NCBI GenBank assembly: GCA_045593685.1
Contig: JAZNXD010000027.1
Coordinates: 29,569 to 93,568 of the forward strand
Length of the DNA: 64,000 bases
Origin: Candidatus Enterousia sp.
GTDB lineage: Bacteria; Pseudomonadota; Alphaproteobacteria; Rs-D84
Direction: 5' to 3'
This document shows positions 36,963 to 44,519 of this stretch, one piece after another (the first letter of the stretch is position 1; each line of letters begins with the position of its first letter). Both the position numbers and the translations under genes were made by a program. Under the pieces are notes generated by a model, which was not told where the DNA came from, searched no databases, and was given only the letters and a program-made list of their open reading frames with translations.

Positions 36963-37069
36963 TATTTGTCGCATGTTTTTTTGTCGCAGTTTGGTTTCTT
37001 GTTGCAGCCACCGTCGTGTGCGTTTGAACAATTTTTACATTTACAATTTTTATTTTCTGATTTTGACAT
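36962..37069 (-). CDS. Unannotated 35-aa Cys/Lys/Asn-rich peptide (metallothionein-like composition)
   Basis: Hand translation gives MSKSENKNCKCKNCSNAHDGGCNKKPNCDKKTCDK*. The SD aaggaag lies 5 nt upstream. It has its own terminator and a TTGTCG-N17-TATCAT promoter-like element. It falls below the ORF-track size cut-off. Confidence 0.45.
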   Translation of the reverse strand: MSKSENKNCKCKNCSNAHDGGCNKKPNCDKKTCDK

Positions 37070-37161
37070 GTTTTCTTCCTTTGTTTGTTATTGTTTTGTC
37101 CGGACACATTAATGATACATTGGATGTGGGGTGACGACAATACGTGTCTTTTCCCAAAAAA

Positions 37162-37196
37162 ATAATGGACGGGATTGCCGTCCATTATTTTTTTTT
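37162..37196. terminator. Bidirectional terminator after the HTH gene
   Basis: ATAATGGACGG-GATTG-CCGTCCATTAT is an 11-bp stem flanked by A7 and T9 runs. Confidence 0.7.
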
Positions 37197-37197
37197 G

Positions 37198-37446
37198 CTA
37201 TCGGTCAGCGCTTAAATCCACCGGGCGGTAAAATTTAAGAAAGTCATTTATGTTGCAGCCGGTTGCAATTAAAATTTTTGCAATGCTGCCCGTGGAAGGC
37301 CAACGGGGCTGGCCATACTTGGAATAGCGTTTGGATTTGTTAAATGTGGTTGGGTCCAAACCGCTGTATTTCGCCAGGCCGGAACAGGTCATGTGATGGG
37401 CGCTTGCAAATTTGTCGATTGCACCCCAAACGTCGTTATGTGTCAT
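37198..37446 (-). CDS. XRE/phage-repressor-type HTH protein (82 aa, no S24 peptidase domain)
   Basis: VWGAIDKFASAHHMTCSGLAKYSGLDPTTFNKSKRYSKYGQPRWPSTGSIAKIL matches the N-terminal HTH domain of alphaproteobacterial LexA-like/S24 repressors as I recall it. Confidence 0.65.
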   Translation of the reverse strand: MTHNDVWGAIDKFASAHHMTCSGLAKYSGLDPTTFNKSKRYSKYGQPRWPSTGSIAKILIATGCNINDFLKFYRPVDLSADR

Positions 37447-37718
37447 TTTTTTTCCTTTTGGTTATTGTTCTTGTGAACATGTTCCAATTATAAAACATGT
37501 TGTTTGTGTATTTTTATTGCTGTTTTTGTGCCGGGGTATGTATAAAAAAGGGGTGGTAATGTGGTGGGTGGCTGGGATTCCTGGGATTTTTTCCGGTTGT
37601 TTGTGGGGTAAAATGAGTTTTTTTTCTTAAATTTTAGGGATTTTTTCCCAGTTTTTTGTGTGCTTTTTTGGTGTTTTTTCCCAAAAATGGGTGTATTGTA
37701 TATAAAAAGAGGCAAAAA

Positions 37719-38615
37719 ATGGCGACGATAAAAACAAAAGTGGCGTTTCTGCGTGAATTGTTGGCATTAAAAGAGGTTATAGATATAGGTCAGATTCAGG
37801 CGGCGGCCGAACGTAATGGAATCAAGCATTCTAATTTATCAAAAATGATTGCGGATTTAGAGGCGCGTTTTAAAACAACGTTGTTGATTCGCAGTTCCGC
37901 CGGCAGTGTGCCGACAAATACAACGCGACAACTGTACAGTGATATCGAGGTTATTTCAGATGCGCTGGATAATTTGTTGCAGAATTTAACCGCGCCCGAA
38001 GAATTGACCGGTTTTCTGTCTGTTTGGACAGAAGAGGGCTTTGCCAGTTGTGGGATGTTGGCCGAACTGTCCAAGTTCTATGCAAAGTATCCCAAATTGC
38101 GTTTGGATATTTTAACGAACTGTCATATGCATATGTCCAGTCCCGATATAACAATAATTGATGCGCGCACACTGACCAAGTTGCCGGGCAAGGCATTGTT
38201 TAAATTTACAACCAAGGCAAAGTTTTACAGTACACCGGAATATCTGTATCGACGTGGTGCCCCAAAAGATATGGATGATATGTTGGAAAACTATGACCTG
38301 TGTATTCGGCAAAAGTTTTTGCAGTTTCCGGAATTTAATTTCCTGTTAAAACGGGCCAAGAAATTAAATACAACGGCGGATTCGGCTTCGATTATATACC
38401 AGTTGGTGTGTGATGGGGCGGGAATTTCGTTGATGCCGGAATGGTGTGCGAATCGCAAATTGGTCGAAGTTCCAAATATTGATTTCTTTTATGAATATAC
38501 CCTGACCGGATTTGGTAATCCGTTAAAGGTAAAAAGCGCCAAGGTTCAGGCGTTTTTAGAATTCTTTTATGAATTTTGCGCCGAACATGATATTACATTG
38601 GAAATGTTTGAATAA
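37719..38615 (+). CDS. LysR-family transcriptional regulator
   Basis: N-terminal wHTH (IGQIQAAAERNGIKHSNLSKMIADLEARFKTTLLIR) with a substrate-binding domain of about 200 aa. I chose ATG 37719. Confidence 0.75.
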   Translation: MATIKTKVAFLRELLALKEVIDIGQIQAAAERNGIKHSNLSKMIADLEARFKTTLLIRSSAGSVPTNTTRQLYSDIEVISDALDNLLQNLTAPEELTGFLSVWTEEGFASCGMLAELSKFYAKYPKLRLDILTNCHMHMSSPDITIIDARTLTKLPGKALFKFTTKAKFYSTPEYLYRRGAPKDMDDMLENYDLCIRQKFLQFPEFNFLLKRAKKLNTTADSASIIYQLVCDGAGISLMPEWCANRKLVEVPNIDFFYEYTLTGFGNPLKVKSAKVQAFLEFFYEFCAEHDITLEMFE

Positions 38616-38669
38616 AATGTAAAAAGTATTTGTGTTTTTGTGGTTTGTGCATTAATATCGTGTCGTTGT

Positions 38670-38746
38670 CGGGGTGTAGCTCAGCCTGGTAGAGTACTTG
38701 CATGGGGTGCAAGGGGTCGCAGGTTCGAATCCTGTCACCCCGACCA
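38670..38746 (+). tRNA. tRNA-Pro (anticodon GGG)
   Basis: Hand fold: acceptor CGGGGTG/CACCCCG, anticodon arm CTTGC-ATGGGGT-GCAAG, T-arm GCAGG-TTCGAAT-CCTGT, and CCA encoded. Confidence 0.9.
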
Positions 38747-38813
38747 TTAAAATAAAAAGTGACCCATGGGTCAGTTTTTATTTTAATAAGTGGGTATAAT
38801 AGTTCGGTTTCTT

Positions 38814-38842
38814 GGCATTGAAAATGCCCGGGTTCGAGCCCG
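38814..38842 (+). pseudogene. tRNA-like fragment (anticodon-arm-like plus T-arm-like)
   Basis: ggca-ttgaaaa-tgcc is followed directly by cggg-ttcgagc-ccg. No acceptor or D arm can be completed. Confidence 0.3.
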
Positions 38843-38887
38843 TAGGGCGAAAGGGGCCCATAAAGCGTAAGCGCATATGGGAATTAC

Positions 38888-38922
38888 AATCCTGTCACCC
38901 CGACCATTAAAAATAAAAAGTG
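38888..38922 (+). repeat. Duplicate of the tRNA-Pro 3' end plus flank (relic att-like site)
   Basis: aatcctgtcaccccgaccattaaaaataaaaagtg equals 38728-38761 except for one extra A. Each copy is followed by its own hairpin terminator. Confidence 0.75.
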
Positions 38923-38990
38923 GCCAAAGGCCCTTTTTTTATTGTGTTTGCGGTTGACTGTAAAATAATTTGTGTTAATTTTATCGTGTT

Positions 38991-39746
38991 ATGATTCAAG
39001 ATGGTGATTTATTTTCGGTAAAAGATTTAAAGGAATCTGTGCAACAGGTTACGGATATGGATTTATTACGCTGTGAACGGGGGCGGGCGTTTGATGTGTT
39101 AAATATGACCCCGAATCAATACGCAGATAAAATGATTGGTTTGTATGCCGATGTTAAATCCAGTGCGGTTGATTTGGATAAAAATTTGCGGGATTTGGGA
39201 TTGCGTACAACGTATAGGTTTTCCCACAAGTATAACATTCCGGGATTGACATATGATGAAATTGTTCACGATGCATATAAGTTAGAGTTCTTATATAAAT
39301 TGGCATCCAGTCCCTTGCAGATTCATGTGCCGATTCGCAAAAGTGGTGTCTTTGATGATGCCGCGCGTGTTTCATATTATTATGCCCAATATATTTGGGC
39401 GGCCAATCCGTCGGCCCGATTCGATTATGCAGCGCATATTATGCCATACCTTGATTGGGGACGTGTGTTGTGTTTCCTGTTGGGGGTGGGGTTTAAATTT
39501 CATCCGCGTGATGTTTATGAATTTGTAATGGTTTATAATAACCCAGAATTGGATGAAGCGGGGTTGCGTAAAAAACGTCAGGAACAGGAAGTCTTTAAAA
39601 AGTGGTGTGCAAAGCATAACGTGGATACGGGCTGTTTGGTTCTGTGCCCGGGGCATCAGGAAAAATTGCGGAAAATTATTAACCGCACGGATACCCCGTA
39701 TGCAATTCAGTGGTTGCAACAACTGTTCAAAGTTCGTAAATATTAA
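38991..39746 (+). CDS. Hypothetical protein (251 aa)
   Basis: ORF-only call. No signal peptide and no motif I recognise. Confidence 0.5.
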   Translation: MIQDGDLFSVKDLKESVQQVTDMDLLRCERGRAFDVLNMTPNQYADKMIGLYADVKSSAVDLDKNLRDLGLRTTYRFSHKYNIPGLTYDEIVHDAYKLEFLYKLASSPLQIHVPIRKSGVFDDAARVSYYYAQYIWAANPSARFDYAAHIMPYLDWGRVLCFLLGVGFKFHPRDVYEFVMVYNNPELDEAGLRKKRQEQEVFKKWCAKHNVDTGCLVLCPGHQEKLRKIINRTDTPYAIQWLQQLFKVRKY

Positions 39747-40192
39747 TCTGTTGTATCTTTGCAATTTACACGTATCAGGTCCGCGGTGTGTATTTCCATT
39801 GCGTATGCACGTGCCGATGGTACCGCGCATGGGTCGCAATCGCGGCGCAGTTGGCCAACGTGACATGTAAAGGCAACGTCCTGGCATATGCCATAGGTTG
39901 GGGTTTGGATGGCCTGGTTTAAATACTGGGTGGCGATTTCCCAATATTTTTGTGGTACCGCGCGCGGGTCGTATGCCCACATTTGGGCGACTGTATTACG
40001 GGTACGGGCGACACAGGGATCGGTTTCCCGGATTTGTATTATGTTTTGGGATACGTTATTGGCGGGATTGTTATTGTTGCGTGTTATCATTATCCATGCA
40101 ATTATTGATATGCACAGTCCAACAACCAAAAATAACAGTATGTAGTGTGCGATGGAAAATGCGCTGGTGTTGTGTGTGAATTTTTTTGCCAT
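39743..40192 (-). CDS. Membrane-anchored Cys-containing protein (149 aa), hypothetical
   Basis: N-terminal TM AHYILLFLVVGLCISIIAWIMI and 6 Cys in the extracytoplasmic part. It converges on the previous ORF with a 4-nt overlap. Confidence 0.5.
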   Translation of the reverse strand: MAKKFTHNTSAFSIAHYILLFLVVGLCISIIAWIMITRNNNNPANNVSQNIIQIRETDPCVARTRNTVAQMWAYDPRAVPQKYWEIATQYLNQAIQTPTYGICQDVAFTCHVGQLRRDCDPCAVPSARAYAMEIHTADLIRVNCKDTTD

Positions 40193-40333
40193 AATGATAG
40201 TTCCTTTGATTAATTATTATTTCGATTTTATCATTTTTTGGGTGTAAAAAATACGTGTTTGTTTTCCCAGAATTTATTGCAAAATGGAAAAAAATAGGGT
40301 ATTATTTAGCCCATAAAACCAAAGGAGGATGTG

Positions 40334-41218
40334 ATGTTTGTAACGGAAAAATTAAAGACATTCTCGTGGGTTAATGTTGGAAATCCCGATCACGAGGATT
40401 TTGAAAAACTGCAAACTGAATATAAAATTGATGAAGATACTATTTCGGATATTTTGGATCCGGATGAACAGCCACGCCTGGAAATCGAAGACGATTACAA
40501 GGTTATTATTGTGCGCTTTCCAATTATTAATCGTGAAACAGATACTTTGTGGCACACGGAACCATTGTCTATTATTTATACGTCCAGTCGTGTTATTACA
40601 GTATGCAGAAAAAGGTGCGATTTGCTGGACAGAATAAAGAAATCTGAAAAGACTTCGCGTGAAGAATTTATTTTGAATATTATGTACTATATCGCGGAAT
40701 CTTATCTGCGTATGTTAAAGGAATTGAACAAGCGTGTTTTGGCGTCAAAACGTGTTTTGCTGGAACGTATCCGTAAAAAAGAATTAATGGATTTGTTAGA
40801 AGTTGAAAACAGTTATACGTTGTATATGGCGGGTATTCGTGGAAATGTGGCCGTGTTGGATAAATTGGAAAAAGTCCGCGGGTTTGTAAAAACCGACGAT
40901 GCCCAGGAATTGGCCGAAGATGCACGAATCGAATTGGCCCAGGCGACCGAGGTTGTGACTTCGTACAGCAAGATGTTAAAGTCGATTAAGGAAACGTTTG
41001 AAAGTGTGATTAATATGGATTCCAATACCAATATTAATCGTTTGACAATGTGGAATATTATCTTGGTCGTACCGACGGTTATTGTTGGATACTATGGGAT
41101 GAATATGAAGTTACCTTTTGCAGAACATGATGAAACCGCAATCGCAATATTTCTGTTTATTATGATTTTGCTGATGGGGTTTGCGTTGTTTGGGGCAATT
41201 CGCCGACGTATTGTCTAG
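40334..41218 (+). CDS. corA: CorA-family magnesium/cobalt transporter
   Basis: The C-terminal two TMs carry the YGMN signature (VIVGYYGMNMKLPF). The SD aaaggagga precedes ATG 40334. Confidence 0.8.
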   Translation: MFVTEKLKTFSWVNVGNPDHEDFEKLQTEYKIDEDTISDILDPDEQPRLEIEDDYKVIIVRFPIINRETDTLWHTEPLSIIYTSSRVITVCRKRCDLLDRIKKSEKTSREEFILNIMYYIAESYLRMLKELNKRVLASKRVLLERIRKKELMDLLEVENSYTLYMAGIRGNVAVLDKLEKVRGFVKTDDAQELAEDARIELAQATEVVTSYSKMLKSIKETFESVINMDSNTNINRLTMWNIILVVPTVIVGYYGMNMKLPFAEHDETAIAIFLFIMILLMGFALFGAIRRRIV

Positions 41219-41312
41219 GGCTGGGCAAAGAATCCTGTGAGATTTATGTTGATATTTGATATACTGATATTTAGAATTAATATTGTTAACAATAAAACCA
41301 AAAGGGGAAAAC

Positions 41313-41714
41313 ATGAAGATTTTTTCTGCAATTCTTTTAACCAGTGTTTTTGCAATGGGGGCCGCATCGGCGGAGTTCGTGGAACCTGTGCATGAAGAAG
41401 CAAAACCGGTCGCAACAACAAAAGCGAACCCCAAGGGCGGATTCGTGGGTGGTGCGGAAACCATCGTTACAGTTAAACAGGTAAATGAAATGCGTGATGA
41501 TGTGCCTGTTATTGTCAAGGGCCATATTGTTCAACGTATGGGGGACGAAAAGTATCTGTTCGAAGATTCGACCGGGTCCATAACAGTTGAAATTGATGAT
41601 GATAATTGGCGTGGTCAAACGGTTACACCGACCGATACCGTTAAATTGTACGGCGATGTGGATCGTGGTATCTTTAAAACAGAAATTGAAATAGATTATG
41701 TTGAAAAGATTTAA
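41313..41714 (+). CDS. YgiW/YdeI-family periplasmic OB-fold (BOF) protein
   Basis: Signal peptide MKIFSAILLTSVFAMGAASA, then TVKQVNEMRDDVPVIVKGHIVQRMGDEKYLFEDSTGSITVEIDDDNW, which is typical of the family. Confidence 0.75.
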   Translation: MKIFSAILLTSVFAMGAASAEFVEPVHEEAKPVATTKANPKGGFVGGAETIVTVKQVNEMRDDVPVIVKGHIVQRMGDEKYLFEDSTGSITVEIDDDNWRGQTVTPTDTVKLYGDVDRGIFKTEIEIDYVEKI

Positions 41715-41767
41715 TAAATCCCCCATGTGGGGATTTTTTTGGGGGAAAATATAAGAACACAAACCTG

Positions 41768-41795
41768 TTGACAAAAGAATTTTGTGTGTTATTAT
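41768..41795 (+). promoter_or_regulatory. Strong sigma70 promoter with an extended -10, in front of the 90-aa peptide gene
   Basis: TTGACA (41768-41773), 16-nt spacer ending TGT, TATTAT (41790-41795). Confidence 0.55.
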
Positions 41796-41829
41796 TGTGC
41801 CCGGTTAAATAAAAACAAAAGGATTTATT

Positions 41830-42102
41830 ATGTCTTTGGTATGTGATATGTGTGCCCATTTGGGTAAAGAAGCCGGCAAGCCCTGTACTTTTTCGGGGAA
41901 TTGCATTGTAAATACGTATAATTTACATGGTACGGGGTCATTTGAAAAATTTATGACACCTGTATCCCAGGAAGTTGAGGCAGAAGAGGTAGTAACAGAA
42001 GAAATTGCACCGGCAGAAGTTGCGCCGGCTGTGGTTGCCTTTAATCCGTTCCAGCGTGGAAATGGTTGCCTGTTGGAAGATATGAACGTGCATACCCGCT
42101 AA
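41830..42102 (+). CDS. 90-aa Cys-containing acidic peptide (candidate RiPP precursor or rSAM partner)
   Basis: MSLVCDMCAHLGKEAGKPCTFSGNC..., then an E/V/A-rich linker, then ...NPFQRGNGCLLEDMNVHTR. It has SD-like aaaagga and a double stop TAATAA. Confidence 0.55.
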   Translation: MSLVCDMCAHLGKEAGKPCTFSGNCIVNTYNLHGTGSFEKFMTPVSQEVEAEEVVTEEIAPAEVAPAVVAFNPFQRGNGCLLEDMNVHTR

Positions 42103-42123
42103 TAATTTGTGTATGTTTGATGT

Positions 42124-42145
42124 AAAATCCCCGTTTGGGGATTTT
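42124..42145 (+). terminator. Attenuator-like hairpin between the peptide gene and the radical SAM gene
   Basis: AAAATCCCC-GTTT-GGGGATTTT uses the same stem family as the bona fide terminators. It has only 4 T and abuts ATG 42146. Confidence 0.5.
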
Positions 42146-43228
42146 ATGTTTAGGTTGGGAAAGTTACAAATGTGCCAAGAAGATTTTGTTTCTTTGGAAG
42201 ATTTTGCGGATTATGCCGCAGCCGCCGTTTACGACAATCAGAATTATGAAATTGATTTGCAATTCTATTTGACGCGTCGTTGTAATTTGTCGTGTGATGG
42301 GTGTTATATGTCTGCGTCACCAGGTGCATCCGGGGACAGATTGCCCGGGCATGATATTGCGTTTTATTTAAATGAATTCCAAAAAGAGCCGCAGTTTACC
42401 CATAATGTTGTGTTTTCTGGGGGCGAAATTTTTACAGCGCCGATTTCATATCTGGAATATAATATAAATCGTGTTTTGGCACATGATTGTGCGCTGCAAT
42501 TAAAAACAAATGGTTCGTGGATTCAAGATGAAAATACACGTGAAGCAGTGCTGGGGATGTTGCGGCGATTAAAGCCTGGGCGCGGATTAATGGCCGGCAC
42601 ACAGCAGGTGGAAACATTTTTGGCCAACAAACCCCGTTGGTTGTTGCGTTTGTTGGGGCGCGATGTTGTGCGTCGATGGTTATATTGGAAATTACCGACG
42701 GTGTCTTTGTTGAGTATGGCTGTATCGGTTGATGATAAATTGCACCCAAAAAAATCTGCCCAATGGTTTTTGGATATTGTCAATAGTTTCGCAGAAGATA
42801 CGCGATTGAAGCAAAGTATTGATTTGAAAACTTTTACTGTGTCCGGGTCTAAGGCTTTTTTTGGGAAAAATGTACTGAACCGTCCGGGATGTGTCCTGGA
42901 AGATAAAAAGGCCGATAAAAATTTGTTAAAGTACACTTTAAATGGGGTACCGGTTGAATCTTATTTTGGGGATTTTGTTGATGTTAATCAGATAACGCAC
43001 CGGGAAAAATTGGAAAATTTTGTTTTGCCAGCGTTGGGGAATGCGCGGGGACGTTTGGTATATTGCTTTTACCCGGATAAAACGGTTGGTTTGAATTCGT
43101 GCTATTTACAATCTGTGGGGCGTGTGCCGTACACAGGGCGTGATGGGGCACCCAAAAGTTTTGATGCGATTCGTCATGATATTTTGGTCCAGTTGGTGTT
43201 GGATTATCAGCGTGCGATTAGTAAATAA
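42146..43228 (+). CDS. Radical SAM enzyme (no SPASM-type Cys cluster evident)
   Basis: FYLTRRCNLSCDGCYM is the CxxxCxxC motif, and VVFSGGEIF is a GGE-type SAM motif. I chose the start after the hairpin, but ATG 42170 is also possible. Confidence 0.8.
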   Translation: MFRLGKLQMCQEDFVSLEDFADYAAAAVYDNQNYEIDLQFYLTRRCNLSCDGCYMSASPGASGDRLPGHDIAFYLNEFQKEPQFTHNVVFSGGEIFTAPISYLEYNINRVLAHDCALQLKTNGSWIQDENTREAVLGMLRRLKPGRGLMAGTQQVETFLANKPRWLLRLLGRDVVRRWLYWKLPTVSLLSMAVSVDDKLHPKKSAQWFLDIVNSFAEDTRLKQSIDLKTFTVSGSKAFFGKNVLNRPGCVLEDKKADKNLLKYTLNGVPVESYFGDFVDVNQITHREKLENFVLPALGNARGRLVYCFYPDKTVGLNSCYLQSVGRVPYTGRDGAPKSFDAIRHDILVQLVLDYQRAISK

Positions 43229-43295
43229 AATTTTTTGTGTTTCTTGCATAGCACGCAAATGCGTGCTATTATTTTTCTGATAAAAGGGTATCATT

Positions 43296-44519
43296 ATGCA
43301 AAATGAATTATTGGTTGAATTGCAGGCGCGCGGTTTTATTAACCAAACGTCAAATTTAGATGGATTGAACGATGCGTTAAATGCGGGAAAAATTACGGCA
43401 TATTTGGGGTCTGATCCGACGGCGGATTCTTTGCATGTTGGGCATTTGGTGCCGGTTATGATGATGCGTTGGTTGCAAAAGTATGGTCATAAACCAATTA
43501 CTTTGGTTGGTGGTGCAACGGGGCGCATTGGTGACCCATCTGGGCGCGATTCGGGACGACCAATGATGACCGAAGAAACGTTGGCAAAAAATGTAGCGGG
43601 GTTGAAAAAATCTTTTTCAAAATTCTTTAAGTTTGGTGATGGGGCATCTGATGCAATTATGGTTGATAACTATGATTGGATGAAAAATTACAGTCATTTG
43701 GACTTTTTGCGTGATTTTGGTACAGATTTTACGGTGCCGCGTATGTTGTCAATGGATTCGGTGAAACGGCGACTGGATAACGGTATGACGTTCTTGGAAT
43801 TTAATTATATGACTTTCCAGGCGGTGGACTTTTTGGCATTGTATCGCGAACATAATTGCATATTGCAGACATGTGGGGCCGATCAATGGGGTAATGCCAT
43901 TATGGGAATAGAATTAATCCGTAAAAAGTTGGGCAAAGAGGCGTTTGTATTGTCTACGTCCCTGATAACGGATGCAAATGGTAATAAAATTGGTAAGTCC
44001 GCCGGGAACGCGGTTTGGGTTAACGAAGACAAGACAAGTCCATATGAATATTATCAATATTTCCGCAATATTTCGGACGATTTGGTGGAAAAATTCTTGA
44101 AAATCTTTACGGAAATTCCATTGGATGAAATTGCGCGTCTGTCGGCGTTGCAGGGTGCAGAATTGAACGAGGCAAAGAAAATTTTGGCGTTTGCGGCAAC
44201 CGAAATTGCGCACGGACATGATGCGGCGGTTGTGGCCCAGGAAACGGCAAATGCACTGTTTGGTGGTGGGATAAATACGGATAATATGCCAACGGTTGAA
44301 ATTCAGCCCAGATGTGAAGAAGTAAGTTTGCTGGAATTGATTACAGAGGTTGGATTGGTCGAATCTAAGTCCGAGGGGCGTCGACTGATACAACAGGGTG
44401 GATTGAAATTGGATGGAAGGAAGGCAGAGGGTACAGAACGCTTTGAATTAGGGGGGCAACCATTTGATGTCGTATTGCAAAAGGGTAAAAAAGTATTCCT
44501 GAGGGTTGTCAGAAAATAA
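43296..44519 (+). CDS. tyrS: Tyrosine--tRNA ligase
   Basis: HIGH-type HVGHLVP, KMSKS-type KIGKSAGN, and a C-terminal S4 domain. Confidence 0.95.
   Translation: MQNELLVELQARGFINQTSNLDGLNDALNAGKITAYLGSDPTADSLHVGHLVPVMMMRWLQKYGHKPITLVGGATGRIGDPSGRDSGRPMMTEETLAKNVAGLKKSFSKFFKFGDGASDAIMVDNYDWMKNYSHLDFLRDFGTDFTVPRMLSMDSVKRRLDNGMTFLEFNYMTFQAVDFLALYREHNCILQTCGADQWGNAIMGIELIRKKLGKEAFVLSTSLITDANGNKIGKSAGNAVWVNEDKTSPYEYYQYFRNISDDLVEKFLKIFTEIPLDEIARLSALQGAELNEAKKILAFAATEIAHGHDAAVVAQETANALFGGGINTDNMPTVEIQPRCEEVSLLELITEVGLVESKSEGRRLIQQGGLKLDGRKAEGTERFELGGQPFDVVLQKGKKVFLRVVRK

Noticed and set aside
37488-37715. 75-aa minus-strand and 72-aa plus-strand ORFs in the HTH/LysR intergenic region
   Set aside because: They have low-complexity K/T/P- or F/C-rich translations and no SD. 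They overlap promoter-like sequence and the start of the neighbouring gene.
38762-38887. A complete extra tRNA gene between the tRNA-Pro repeat copies
   Set aside because: Only an anticodon-arm-like hairpin fused to a T-arm-like hairpin can be drawn. No acceptor stem, D arm or variable region is present, so I called it a fragment only.
39372-39980. 202-aa ORF on the minus strand
   Set aside because: It overlaps both the 38991-39746 (+) and 39743-40192 (-) ORFs in another frame and has an R/P/G-rich shadow composition. All three are hypothetical, so this rejection is less certain than the others.
41830-42102. Reading the 90-aa ORF as a ferredoxin or rubredoxin
   Set aside because: The Cys spacing (CxxC-x10-C-x5-C) fits neither the CxxCxxCxxxCP ferredoxin motif nor the paired CxxC knuckles of rubredoxin. 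I kept it as an open alternative (small metal-binding partner) within the finding rather than as an annotation.
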